From TPA_inf: Saccharomyces (taxonomy: Eukaryota): a stretch of 64,000 nt of DNA. Where the stretch lies: contig BK006936.2 of assembly GCA_000146045.2 (NCBI GenBank), positions 224,001-288,000 of the forward strand, given 5' to 3'. The stretch's first letter is position 1. The number at the start of each line of letters is the position of its first letter. The notes under the pieces are model-generated. The model had not been told where the DNA came from. It saw only the letters and a list, made by a program, of their open reading frames with translations, and made no database searches. Position numbers and translations under genes: made by a program. Below, one piece after another: positions 34,977-46,246 of this stretch.

Positions 34977-35146
34977 AAGTTCCATATATATCCATATATA
35001 TATATATATTTCACGAGGATAATGAGTTAAAATACTATGTAAAGGTATTGTGGTTCATTTTTCTTTTATCAATTTTTATCCAAGTTTTTCTGATCTATAA
35101 CATGTCCAATACACTTTTTCGAACTATAACCGCCAACAAATTTATC

Positions 35147-35566
35147 TTATAGACGAGAAACACTTTTATGATATCGATGTTCTACACCTACTGCCGATAA
35201 CACCGTGTTTTCACTATTATAGCATATACCATTTTTGTAACCAATGTGTTGTTGTAATTCTCCGCAAGGCATATCCCAGATATTCTTATATGGCCCATTT
35301 CCACTTCGTTGAAGCCTCACATCAAAAGAGCAATCTTGAGATAATTTCAAAACCACACACATCGCTGCAGTTTCATAATATCTGTCATCACTGATGCAAT
35401 AATTAAGTGACGAAATTATATCATTATTAACAGCTGTATTATTATTATAATCAAGACAAGCTGAATTTGATGCAAATATATATTCCCATTCAGTGCCGTT
35501 TCTTTCGAATTTATAGAAATCACTTCTTTGTAGGTAATTGTTCTGGCTTACTTTGAGCTTATTCAT
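35147..35566 (-). CDS. YBR012C: YBR012C (139 aa, dubious as annotated); by my reading this is the 3' half of an ORF bisected by the Ty1 insertion
   Basis: ATG at 35564-35566 lies 7 nt beyond the Ty1 target-site duplication. The frame runs back through the TSD into the LTR, where the track begins it at a GTG at 35596. Confidence 0.4.
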   Translation of the reverse strand: MNKLKVSQNNYLQRSDFYKFERNGTEWEYIFASNSACLDYNNNTAVNNDIISSLNYCISDDRYYETAAMCVVLKLSQDCSFDVRLQRSGNGPYKNIWDMPCGELQQHIGYKNGICYNSENTVLSAVGVEHRYHKSVSRL

Positions 35567-35577
35567 GTTAAAGTAAT

Positions 35578-35909
35578 TGTTGGAATAAAAATCCACTATC
35601 GTCTATCAACTAATAGTTATATTATCAATATATTATCATATACGGTGTTAAGATGATGACATAAGTTATGAGAAGCTGTCATCGAAGTTAGAGGAAGCTG
35701 AAGTGCAAGGATTGATAATGTAATAGGATAATGAAACATATAAAACGGAATGAGGAATAATCGCAATATTAGTATGTAGAAATATAGATTCCATTTTGAG
35801 GATTCCTATATCCTCGAGGAGAACTTCTAGTATATTCTGTATACCTAATATTATAGCCTTTATCAACAATGGAATCCCAACAATTATCTAATTACCCACA
35901 TATATCTCA
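35578..35909 (+). repeat. Ty1 5' LTR (delta), 332 bp; contains the TYA ATG at 35869
   Basis: TGTTGGAATAAAAATCC … AATTACCCACATATATCTCA immediately followed by PBS TGGTAGCGCC. Confidence 0.92.
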
Positions 35910-37191
35910 TGGTAGCGCCTGTGCTTCGGTTACTTCTAAGGAAGTCCACACAAATCAAGATCCGTTAGACGTTTCAGCTTCCAAAATTCAAGAATATGAT
36001 AAGGCTTCCACTAAGGCTAACTCTCAACAGACAACAACACCTGCTTCATCAGCTGTTCCAGAGAACCCCCATCATGCCTCTCCTCAACCTGCTTCAGTAC
36101 CACCTCCACAGAATGGGCCGTACCCACAGCAGTGCATGATGACCCAAAACCAAGCCAATCCATCTGGTTGGTCATTTTACGGACACCCATCTATGATTCC
36201 GTATACACCTTATCAAATGTCGCCTATGTACTTTCCACCTGGGCCACAATCACAGTTTCCGCAGTATCCATCATCAGTTGGAACGCCTCTGAGCACTCCA
36301 TCACCTGAGTCAGGTAATACATTTACTGATTCATCCTCAGCGGACTCTGATATGACATCCACTAAAAAATATGTCAGACCACCACCAATGTTAACCTCAC
36401 CTAATGACTTTCCAAATTGGGTTAAAACATACATCAAATTTTTACAAAACTCGAATCTCGGTGGTATTATTCCGACAGTAAACGGAAAACCCGTACGTCC
36501 GATCACTGATGATGAACTCACCTTCTTGTATAACGCTTTTCAAATATTTGCTCCCTCTCAATTCCTACCTACCTGGGTCAAAGACATCCTATCCGTTGAT
36601 TATACGGATATCATGAAAATTCTTTCCAAAAGTATTGAAAAAATGCAATCTGATACCCAAGAGGCAAACGACATTGTGACCCTGGCAAATTTGCAATATA
36701 ATGGCAGTACACCTGCAGATGCATTTGAAACAAAAGTCACAAACATTATCGACAGACTGAACAATAATGGCATTCATATCAATAACAAGGTCGCATGTCA
36801 ATTAATTATGAGAGGTCTATCTGGCGAATATAAATTTTTACGCTACACACGTCATCGACATCTAAATATGACAGTCGCTGAACTGTTCTTAGATATCCAT
36901 GCTATTTATGAAGAACAACAGGGATCGAGAAACAGCAAACCTAATTACAGGAGAAATCCGAGTGATGAGAAGAATGATTCTCGCAGCTATACGAATACAA
37001 CCAAACCCAAAGTTATAGCTCGGAATCCTCAAAAAACAAATAATTCGAAATCGAAAACAGCCAGGGCTCACAATGTATCCACATCTAATAACTCTCCCAG
37101 CACGGACAACGATTCCATCAGTAAATCAACTACTGAACCGATTCAATTGAACAATAAGCACGACCTTCATCTTAGGCCAGAAACTTACTGA
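35869..37191 (+). CDS. TYA: Ty1 TYA (Gag, capsid protein), 440 aa
   Basis: [39 protein letters not shown]… ends …[10 protein letters not shown]-stop, as in Ty1 Gag. Confidence 0.93.
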   Translation: MESQQLSNYPHISHGSACASVTSKEVHTNQDPLDVSASKIQEYDKASTKANSQQTTTPASSAVPENPHHASPQPASVPPPQNGPYPQQCMMTQNQANPSGWSFYGHPSMIPYTPYQMSPMYFPPGPQSQFPQYPSSVGTPLSTPSPESGNTFTDSSSADSDMTSTKKYVRPPPMLTSPNDFPNWVKTYIKFLQNSNLGGIIPTVNGKPVRPITDDELTFLYNAFQIFAPSQFLPTWVKDILSVDYTDIMKILSKSIEKMQSDTQEANDIVTLANLQYNGSTPADAFETKVTNIIDRLNNNGIHINNKVACQLIMRGLSGEYKFLRYTRHRHLNMTVAELFLDIHAIYEEQQGSRNSKPNYRRNPSDEKNDSRSYTNTTKPKVIARNPQKTNNSKSKTARAHNVSTSNNSPSTDNDSISKSTTEPIQLNNKHDLHLRPETY

Positions 37192-40100
37192 ATCTACAGT
37201 AAATCATACTAATCATTCTGATGATGAACTCCCTGGACACCTCCTTCTCGATTCAGGAGCATCACGAACCCTTATAAGATCTGCTCATCACATACACTCA
37301 GCATCATCTAATCCTGACATAAACGTAGTTGATGCTCAAAAAAGAAATATACCAATTAACGCTATTGGTGACCTACAATTTCACTTCCAGGACAACACCA
37401 AAACATCATTAAAGGTATTGCACACTCCTAACATAGCCTATGACTTACTCAGTTTGAATGAATTGGCTGCAGTAGATATCACAGCATGCTTTACCAAAAA
37501 CGTCTTAGAACGATCTGACGGCACTGTACTTGCACCTATCGTAAAATATGGAGACTTTTACTGGGTATCTAAAAAGTACTTGCTTCCATCAAATATCTCC
37601 GTACCCACCATCAATAATGTCCATACAAGTGAAAGTACACGCAAATATCCTTATCCTTTCATTCATCGAATGCTTGCGCATGCCAATGCACAGACAATTC
37701 GATACTCACTTAAAAATAACACCATCACGTATTTTAACGAATCAGATGTCGACTGGTCTAGTGCTATTGACTATCAATGTCCTGATTGTTTAATCGGCAA
37801 AAGCACCAAACACAGACATATCAAAGGTTCACGACTAAAATACCAAAATTCATACGAACCCTTTCAATACCTACATACTGACATATTTGGTCCAGTTCAC
37901 AACCTACCAAAAAGTGCACCATCCTATTTCATCTCATTTACTGATGAGACAACAAAATTCCGTTGGGTTTATCCATTACACGACCGTCGCGAGGACTCTA
38001 TCCTCGATGTTTTTACTACGATACTAGCTTTTATTAAAAACCAGTTTCAGGCCAGTGTCTTGGTTATACAAATGGACCGTGGTTCTGAGTATACTAACAG
38101 AACTCTCCATAAATTCCTTGAAAAAAATGGTATAACTCCATGCTATACAACCACAGCGGATTCCCGAGCACATGGAGTCGCTGAACGGCTGAACCGTACC
38201 TTATTAGATGACTGCCGTACTCAACTGCAATGTAGTGGTTTACCGAACCATTTATGGTTCTCTGCAATCGAATTTTCTACTATTGTGAGAAATTCACTAG
38301 CTTCACCTAAAAGCAAAAAATCTGCAAGACAACATGCTGGCTTGGCAGGACTTGATATCAGTACTTTGTTACCTTTCGGTCAACCTGTTATCGTCAATGA
38401 TCACAACCCTAACTCCAAAATACATCCTCGTGGCATCCCAGGCTACGCTCTACATCCGTCTCGAAACTCTTATGGATATATCATCTATCTTCCATCCTTA
38501 AAGAAGACAGTAGATACAACTAACTATGTTATTCTTCAGGGCAAGGACTCCAGATTAGATCAATTCAATTACGACGCACTCACTTTCGATGAAGACTTAA
38601 ACCGTTTAACTGCTTCATATCAATCGTTCATTGCGTCAAATGAGATCCAACAATCCAATGATCTTAACATAGAATCAGACCATGACTTTCAATCTGATAT
38701 TGAACTATATCCTGAGCAACCGAGAAATGTCCTTTCAAAAGCTGTGAGTCCAACCGATTCCACACCCCCGTCAACTCATACTGAAGATTCGAAACGTGTT
38801 TCTAAAACCAATATTCGCGCACCCAGAGAAGTTGACCCCAACATATCTGAATCTAATATTCTTCCATCTAAGAAGAGATCTAGCACCCCCCAAATTTCCG
38901 ATATCGAGAGTACCGATTCGGGTGGTATGCATAGATTAGATGTTCCTTTACTTGCTCCCATGTCCCAATCTAACACACATGAGTCGTCGTACGCCAGTAA
39001 ATCTAAAGATTTCAGACACTCAGACTCGTACAGTGACAATGAGACTAATCATACAAACGTACCAATATCCAGTACGGGTGGTACCAATAATAAAACTGTT
39101 CCGCAGACAAGCGAACAGGAGACTGAGAAAAGGATTATACACCGCTTCACCTCCGATCGGATACTTCCGTCATCAGAAAGTAATTCACTACACCATGTCG
39201 TTCCTATCAAAACGTCAGATACTTGTTTTAAGGAAAATACAGAGGAATCTATTATCGCTGATCTTCCACTCCCCGATCTGCCTCCAGAACCTCCTACCGA
39301 ATTATCAGACTCTTTTAAAGAACTTCCACCGATCAATTCTCGTCAAACTAATTCCAGTTTGGGTGGTATTGGTGACTCTAATGCCTATACTACTATCAAC
39401 AGTAAGAAAAGATCATTAGAAGATAATGAAACTGAAATTAAGGTATCACGAGACACATGGAATACTAAGAATATGCGTAGTTTAGAACCTCCGAGATCGA
39501 AGAAACGAATTCACCTGATTGCAGCTGTAAAAGCAGTAAAATCAATCAAACCAATACGAACAACCTTACGATACGATGAGGCAATCACCTATAATAAAGA
39601 TATTAAAGAAAAAGAAAAATATATCGAGGCATACCACAAAGAAGTCAATCAACTGTTGAAGATGAAAACTTGGGACACTGACAAATATTATGACAGAAAA
39701 GAAATAGACCCTAAAAGAGTAATAAATTCAATGTTTATCTTCAACAGGAAACGTGACGGTACTCATAAAGCTAGATTTGTTGCAAGAGGTGATATTCAGC
39801 ATCCTGACACTTACGACTCAGGCATGCAATCCAATACCGTACATCACTATGCATTAATGACATCCCTGTCACTTGCATTAGACAATAACTACTATATTAC
39901 ACAATTAGACATATCTTCGGCATATTTGTATGCAGACATCAAAGAAGAATTATACATAAGACCTCCACCACATTTAGGAATGAATGATAAGTTGATACGT
40001 TTGAAGAAATCACTTTATGGATTGAAACAAAGTGGAGCGAACTGGTACGAAACTATCAAATCATACCTGATAAAACAGTGTGGTATGGAAGAAGTTCGTG

Positions 40101-41140
40101 GATGGTCATGCGTATTTAAGAATAGTCAAGTAACAATTTGCTTATTCGTTGATGATATGATATTGTTCAGCAAGGACTTAAATTCGAATAAAAGAATTAT
40201 AGCAAAACTCAAGATGCAATACGATACCAAGATTATAAATCTAGGTGAAAGCGATGATGAAATTCAACACGACATCCTTGGCTTAGAAATCAAATATCAA
40301 AGAGGTAAATACATGAAATTAGGTATGGAAAACTCATTAACTGAGAAAATACCCAAATTAAACGTACCTTTGAATCCAAACGGAAGAAAACTTGGTGCCC
40401 CAGGCCAACCAGGTCTCTATATAAACCAGCAAGAACTAGAGCTAGAAGAAGATGATTACAAAATGAAGGTACATGAAATGCAAAAGCTGATAGGTCTAGC
40501 ATCATATGTTGGATATAAATTTAGATTTGACCTATTATACTACATCAACACACTTGCACAACATATACTATTTCCGTCCAAGCAAGTGTTAGATATGACA
40601 TATGAATTGATACAGTTCATATGGAATACGAGAGATAAGCAATTAATATGGCACAAAAGCAAACCTGTTAAGCCAACAAATAAATTAGTTGTTATAAGCG
40701 ATGCCTCGTATGGTAACCAACCGTATTATAAATCACAAATTGGCAACATATATTTACTTAATGGAAAAGTAATTGGAGGAAAGTCCACCAAGGCTTCATT
40801 AACATGTACTTCAACTACGGAAGCAGAAATACACGCAATAAGTGAATCTGTCCCATTATTAAATAATCTAAGTTACCTGATACAAGAACTCGACAAGAAA
40901 CCAATTACCAAAGGATTACTAACCGACAGTAAATCTACAATCAGTATAATTATATCCAATAATGAAGAGAAATTTAGAAACAGATTTTTTGGTACTAAAG
41001 CAATGAGACTGAGAGATGAAGTATCAGGAAATCATCTGCACGTATGCTATATCGAAACCAAAAAGAATATTGCAGACGTAATGACCAAACCTCTTCCGAT
41101 AAAAACATTCAAACTATTAACAAACAAATGGATTCATTAG
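35869..41140 (+). CDS. TYB: Ty1 TYA-TYB Gag-Pol fusion (protease, integrase, RT, RNase H) produced by +1 ribosomal frameshift at CTTAGGC (37171-37177)
   Basis: Frame 2 is open from the heptamer to 41140; integrase HHCC/DD35E-like residues, [10 protein letters not shown], RNase H present. Frameshift heptamer CUU-AGG-C intact. Confidence 0.9.
37171..37177 (+). promoter_or_regulatory. Ty1 +1 programmed ribosomal frameshift heptamer CTTAGGC
   Basis: Exact CTTAGGC 14 nt upstream of the TYA stop (TGA 37189-37191); the downstream frame continues as TYB. Confidence 0.9.
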
Positions 41141-41162
41141 ATCTATTACATTATGGGTGGTA

Positions 41163-41494
41163 TGTTGGAATAAAAATCCACTATCGTCTATCAACTAATA
41201 GTTATATTATCAATATATTATCATATACGGTGTTAAGATGATGACATAAGTTATGAGAAGCTGTCATCGAAGTTAGAGGAAGCTGAAGTGCAAGGATTGA
41301 TAATGTAATAGGATAATGAAACATATAAAACGGAATGAGGAATAATCGTAATATTAGTATGTAGAAATATAGATTCCATTTGGAGGATTCCTATATCCTC
41401 GAGGAGAACTTCTAGTATATTCTGTATACCTAATATTATAGCCTTTATCAACAATGGAATCCCAACAATTATCTAATTACCCACATATATCTCA
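41163..41494 (+). repeat. Ty1 3' LTR (delta), 332 bp
   Basis: Identical to the 5' LTR except C/T at about 41348 and T/G at about 41383; ends …ATATCTCA then GTAAT. Confidence 0.92.
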
Positions 41495-41881
41495 GTAATT
41501 CACAGTTAACAACAGTTGATAAAAAATATTCTGTATACACGTCCCCACTCTGTGATAAAGCTTCCTGTTTGCTTGTAAATTAAGTGAATTTTCAAGGGCA
41601 TTATCAAAGGCCTTAGTAATAATGGTAATAATATATGGATACGAAGAATTTTTCGTATAATCGCATGCATTATTACTTAACATATTTTCAGTTGAATAAT
41701 TCATTGAAAGAGCGTCTGACTCACAAAATGGCGCAGATTTTGCCAAAGTATTATTAATTTGTACACTATTATGAGAGAGAGTTACCCCTTCAATACCCTT
41801 TTGCGTACTATTTTCAAGACATGCATAGCTACCCAACAGAAATGCACCTAGGATACATATCCTGAATAAGGGATATATCAT
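41492..41881 (-). CDS. YBR013C: YBR013C (129 aa), signal-peptide-bearing small protein; by my reading this is the 5' half of an ORF bisected by the Ty1 insertion
   Basis: MIYPLFRICILGAFLLGSYACLENSTQ… hydrophobic N-terminus. The stop codon TGA is the reverse complement of the terminal TCA (41492-41494) of the Ty1 3' LTR. Confidence 0.75.
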   Translation of the reverse strand: MIYPLFRICILGAFLLGSYACLENSTQKGIEGVTLSHNSVQINNTLAKSAPFCESDALSMNYSTENMLSNNACDYTKNSSYPYIITIITKAFDNALENSLNLQANRKLYHRVGTCIQNIFYQLLLTVNY

Positions 41882-42150
41882 TATGAGGTTAAGTGGCCTA
41901 AAAACGCAATTAATACGGATCCTTGTACTATTAAGTCTTTTCTATCTCTGAAAATTAACTTAAGAAGCGAGGCTATCTAGATTAGTGTTGATGTATATGT
42001 GTATGCTGTCCTGGTGTAGCTGTGGTTTTTATAGATTATCTCAGATTTGTGATACTCTGTAAGTGGCGGCCTCATTTTGTCTCTCCTTGAATACGAAAAT
42101 TTGTGGGCTAAAGATTTATTCTCATCAACAAATCAAGTAACAATCATTCG

Positions 42151-42256
42151 TGTTGGAATAAAAATCAAATACCGTCTATCATCTAACACCGTATATGATA
42201 ATATATTGATAGTATAACTATTGGTTGATAGACGATAGTTGATTTTTATACCAACA
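42151..42256. repeat. Two truncated delta LTR 5'-end fragments arranged head-to-head (imperfect inverted repeat / quasi-palindrome)
   Basis: TGTTGGAATAAAAATCAAATACCGTCTATCATCTAAC (42151-42187), directly followed by the reverse complement of a delta start …ACCGTATATGATAATATATTGATAGTATAACTATTGGTTGATAGACGATAGTTGATTTTTATACCAACA (42188-42256). Confidence 0.8.
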
Positions 42257-42377
42257 CTAGGAAACCACAATCCAAGATGAGATAAATATAGAGGAAAATA
42301 CAAGTTTGAGTTTAGATCTGAAGTTACCTTAACATTTGTATAAGCAAATTCGCTACGCGACTCTCACATCAAAAACT

Positions 42378-42450
42378 GCTTCTATGGCCAAGTTGGTAAG
42401 GCGCCACACTAGTAATGTGGAGATCATCGGTTCAAATCCGATTGGAAGCA
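42378..42450 (+). tRNA. tT(AGU): tRNA-Thr (anticodon AGU), 73 nt
   Basis: GCTTCTATGGCCAAGTTGGTAAGGCGCCACACTAGTAATGTGGAGATCATCGGTTCAAATCCGATTGGAAGCA; anticodon loop CT-AGT-AA; B-box GGTTCAAATCC; followed by a TTTTTTT terminator. Confidence 0.92.
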
Positions 42451-42724
42451 TTTTTTTGAATACTGAAAAATTAAGCTGATCACCAAACTCATGTAATATA
42501 TATGCTTGACTATACAAATTACAGGCTTCTTCTCATATTTTTCTGCTCTACGTTAACCTACTTTAAACAGTCCAAAAGGCTTATGTTGTCCACATGAAAT
42601 GCCTAAAACAGATGGCCAATATTTAATTTTTTTCCTTACTACATTTAAATCTGTATACTACCTAAATATCCTCTTTCGCTACTGTGGGAGAAGAAGAAGA
42701 ATAACTCTCAGTTTATAATCTGAT

Positions 42725-43336
42725 CTAGGCACTCTCAGATTGCGAATTAGCTTTTACAGTAAACGCCCCATCGCTCCATTTTTTGAAAGAGTCTAGAAGT
42801 TCATCATTTTTATGTAACTCTGCTATCTCAGTATAACCACCTCTGGAAGTACCACCGATGATAACGTTTGGGACTGTTCTCCTACCAGTGACTTTTTCAA
42901 TCTGGTCTTGTAGTTCTTTTGTGTGTTCGTGCCTATCCAATTCTACAACGTAGTAAGATGGAGAAAACGTGTACGAATTAGTCAACAAAGCTTTCAGTTT
43001 TTTGCTATATGGGCAGCCAGTCTTGCTAAATACAATCATGGGTGACTGTTCCATTATTTTGTTGTATTCTGCAGCGGCATCAAATTCAGCGTCCCCACTA
43101 TTTTTATCAACTTCTTCGGCTTCCTTATCTTGTGTATTTACTGTATCATGGACAGATTGGTGAGTGCCAGGTGCATTTCCTGAATTGTCAAACGTCACCA
43201 ATGAATCAGGATGGTGAGTAGTAATACTTTCGTTGACGCTAGCATTCGAATTCCTTAACACAAAAAACACAACAATGAGCAGTAAATTAGTTATTACCAA
43301 GACTCTCACGTTTCTTTTGTTTATAACAATAGCCAT
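42725..43336 (-). CDS. GRX7: Monothiol glutaredoxin of the secretory pathway, GRX7 (203 aa)
   Basis: N-terminal TM/signal anchor, then a glutaredoxin fold with the CPYS active-site motif (…FSKTGCPYSKKLKALL…). Confidence 0.88.
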   Translation of the reverse strand: MAIVINKRNVRVLVITNLLLIVVFFVLRNSNASVNESITTHHPDSLVTFDNSGNAPGTHQSVHDTVNTQDKEAEEVDKNSGDAEFDAAAEYNKIMEQSPMIVFSKTGCPYSKKLKALLTNSYTFSPSYYVVELDRHEHTKELQDQIEKVTGRRTVPNVIIGGTSRGGYTEIAELHKNDELLDSFKKWSDGAFTVKANSQSESA

Positions 43337-43709
43337 CTCTAATTTTCTTCAGTTGTTTTGCGTTTAATTTGAAAATTTTGCTTCTTTCCAATATATAGGT
43401 TTTTTCTTTTATTTGATTCGAGCTTTTTCACTGAGGGGATATGTACACATTGGCAAATATCCTGCCGAAAGTACTTCTTTATTTTTTTTCAAAACGCAGT
43501 CCCACTTACCGGTATGACGTAGTCTCGATTCTCAAATACACCCGGGACTGCATATTTATACATCTGTAGTAAAGTCATTTTATATGGATTGTGAAGGAAA
43601 AAATTTACATAACTGGAAGATAAATAAACATAACTATGTAAGGAATAGTAATAAGAATGTAGAAAACGCCAATGGAAGTTGTCCAAACTATAGTCCGACC
43701 CGTTGCATA

Positions 43710-45503
43710 TTATTTACCGGCAATCGCCTTATCATGAGTAGATTCTAAAAATGCTAATCTATCGGTGATGTAACCACACACTCTTTTCCATTCCGTTTTA
43801 TCCTGCCCTAAAAGGTCATCGAGATATTTGAAAGGATTCTTATTAACACAAACATATTCGTTTAAAACCTTGAAATTCTCTAGTTCAATATCGTAATTTT
43901 TTACCTTTTTTAAGGCCGTATATGAACGAGCAGGTTTACCATTCGTAGTCAAAAAATTGCTTTTAGATAAATCGTATGGGTCAAACTTTGGGAAGTTTGA
44001 ATGGATGAACATAACATCTACATGATTCTTGGCATTTAAGTCCTCGTTGTCGAAAAATTCTTCGGTGTATTTTTCGAGGGAATAGTTTTTGTCAAACTTG
44101 ATTGCATCAGCTGATTTAGTGCCACCGTATTTGTTGCCAATGCTCTCCATAGCATTTAAGTAACGGCCATAATCCTGCACAAAGTCGTGTTGTAACATTG
44201 CTACACCATGAAACCCGTCTTCATCATGGTAGCCTTCAACGCCTGTCCTTGTTCTAACTTGGTAAAATGATAGACCATAAAAGTTTGCAGCGGCAATGAA
44301 AGTTTCCTTATCACCTTCACCAGCAGCTTTTTGAGAAAATATTGGGTAGTACCACGTTGGTCCATTGACGTTGTAGAATAAAGATAGAAGAGCCGTAGCC
44401 AAATGCTTCGTTTTGTTTATCATCAGTTGGCCGGATTCCGTAGACACGTCGGGTATTGTTCCGTCTAGGTCACTTAGCGGGACGTCACTCAAATCCTTCA
44501 AATCCTTTGTGTAAACAGCAGGTGGGGTGATATCGTCTCGAGAATTGCGAACTCTCTTTTTCTTGTCCACAGCAATACCTGCAATGTCGTAATACAATGG
44601 GTGAGTTGTACGCCTCCAGAAATCGGGCCACATGACCAAGCCCGTAGACACATATGGTTCTTCATTGAATATGTTGTCTAGGGGTTTGATGGGGAAGTTG
44701 TCAGCATCCAGTAAGAGCAGGTTTTCAAAACTAGAAGCGATAAGGGCCAATGATTTAAACTGGTATCCTTTGAAAACAAATTTTTCAATCGTCTCTCGTG
44801 GTAGAATATCTGAAACGTAAATACACTTGGAGTTATACTTAGGCAGAATCTTGTTACAAAACTCAGTTTCACCTTCATCACCAGGAGGGATCAGGACTTC
44901 CACAGGTAACGTGGTCCCCATATTCCTTAAAGTCTTAATGATCAAAAATGCCATAAGGGAGAACTTCCCGCCACCCACTGTGGCTATACCGGACCCTTTG
45001 TACGTACCCTTTGGCGAGACGAGAGTCGCTATATGCTCTACGTAGTCCTTATGGCTTTTGGTCAGACTTGCTACTTCATCCGGAGATAGTTCCAAACACT
45101 TGGACAGCTCCTTAGCAGACAACTTGTAAAGATCTTTGTAGTGGTCGGGACGGTCTCCAATGTCACCCTTTAATAAGCATGCCTCGTTATACTGCTTTGC
45201 AGTACTCCCCTTGGGCGAATCAACCATTAGAAAGTTGAAAACGTTGTTGTAGAAGCTTTTCAACTTTTCATTGCCTGCCTCATCATTGTCCCTCAATGGG
45301 GTTGAATCGTCAGCGCTGGCGGCGTCTGAGGAAGATGAATACTTATTGGAGTAACTCTGGACATATCTGTCTAAGTACTCCTTGTACTCCTTGACCGACG
45401 TGTTCTCATCCATGTATTTGTTTGTAATGACGAACAGCCCGCACAATATCAAAACTATGAACGTCAGCTTGAACAGCTTTGAAAACCTTTTGGTAAGCAG
45501 CAT
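43710..45503 (-). CDS. MNN2: Golgi alpha-1,2-mannosyltransferase MNN2 (597 aa), type II membrane protein
   Basis: N-terminal signal anchor (LTFIVLILCGLFVI) and the conserved MNN2/MNN5 family catalytic region. Confidence 0.88.
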   Translation of the reverse strand: MLLTKRFSKLFKLTFIVLILCGLFVITNKYMDENTSVKEYKEYLDRYVQSYSNKYSSSSDAASADDSTPLRDNDEAGNEKLKSFYNNVFNFLMVDSPKGSTAKQYNEACLLKGDIGDRPDHYKDLYKLSAKELSKCLELSPDEVASLTKSHKDYVEHIATLVSPKGTYKGSGIATVGGGKFSLMAFLIIKTLRNMGTTLPVEVLIPPGDEGETEFCNKILPKYNSKCIYVSDILPRETIEKFVFKGYQFKSLALIASSFENLLLLDADNFPIKPLDNIFNEEPYVSTGLVMWPDFWRRTTHPLYYDIAGIAVDKKKRVRNSRDDITPPAVYTKDLKDLSDVPLSDLDGTIPDVSTESGQLMINKTKHLATALLSLFYNVNGPTWYYPIFSQKAAGEGDKETFIAAANFYGLSFYQVRTRTGVEGYHDEDGFHGVAMLQHDFVQDYGRYLNAMESIGNKYGGTKSADAIKFDKNYSLEKYTEEFFDNEDLNAKNHVDVMFIHSNFPKFDPYDLSKSNFLTTNGKPARSYTALKKVKNYDIELENFKVLNEYVCVNKNPFKYLDDLLGQDKTEWKRVCGYITDRLAFLESTHDKAIAGK

Positions 45504-46246
45504 ACTGAAAATATAATTTTACTGACCTACCTACACTGATTTGTCTCGAAGTAGATATGATACCTTGAGCAGCACGAGGATATTAAAAAGTAGGGCAATT
45601 CTGCTTTTAACGTATAAGCAACACCAAGTACACGTAATTTATTTTGATGATTCTTCTATATTTTTTTTTTCTTCATTGTTATTTTTTCACTATCTTTTTC
45701 ATCCCTCCGCAAAAGGACGCGATCCTTTTTTAGCACGTGAACGGTAATAACGGGTCCTGGACGATGTATTAGAGTCACCTAATCACCAAGCGAGCCAATG
45801 GCGACTCACTTGACTTGCATGTTTGCATAACCTATTTAGCGAACCCTCCAACTTCTGAGCGCACCAGCTTAACTTGTGCGCTAAGCTGCCTTGCCCGACA
45901 TAGTGCCATCGCTCATTCCACCTCACACCTGATTAACTAAAAGTTTTAAAACTACGGGACTGCGAAAAAGTAGAGCTACGTTACTGCAGACCTACAATAA
46001 TTGCACACATCGGCCTGATAACGAATGCTTCTAAAATTCTACTGTGCTACTATCGGCTGGTCGCGCCCGACGGGTTCGCTCAGCCGCTCTGCGCCCTCTT
46101 ACTCTTCAGCCATTCTGCTGCGGCCGAAGCTATAAAAGTATGTCAATTTGGCTTTTTCCAAAATCCCCCTCTGGCTCTTTCTCTTCTCAAGACAAGCATT
46201 GAAGAGACTCACTAGTAAGCTTAAGATAGTCCTACACACAACCACC

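Larger units (their letters stand above)
35578..41494 (+). mobile_element. Full-length Ty1 retrotransposon (5917 bp) flanked by 5-bp target-site duplication GTAAT (35573-35577 and 41495-41499)
   Basis: 332-bp LTRs at both ends, differing at 2 positions. PBS TGGTAGCGCC (tRNAiMet) at 35910-35919. TYA and TYB present with the CTTAGGC +1 frameshift heptamer. Confidence 0.95.
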
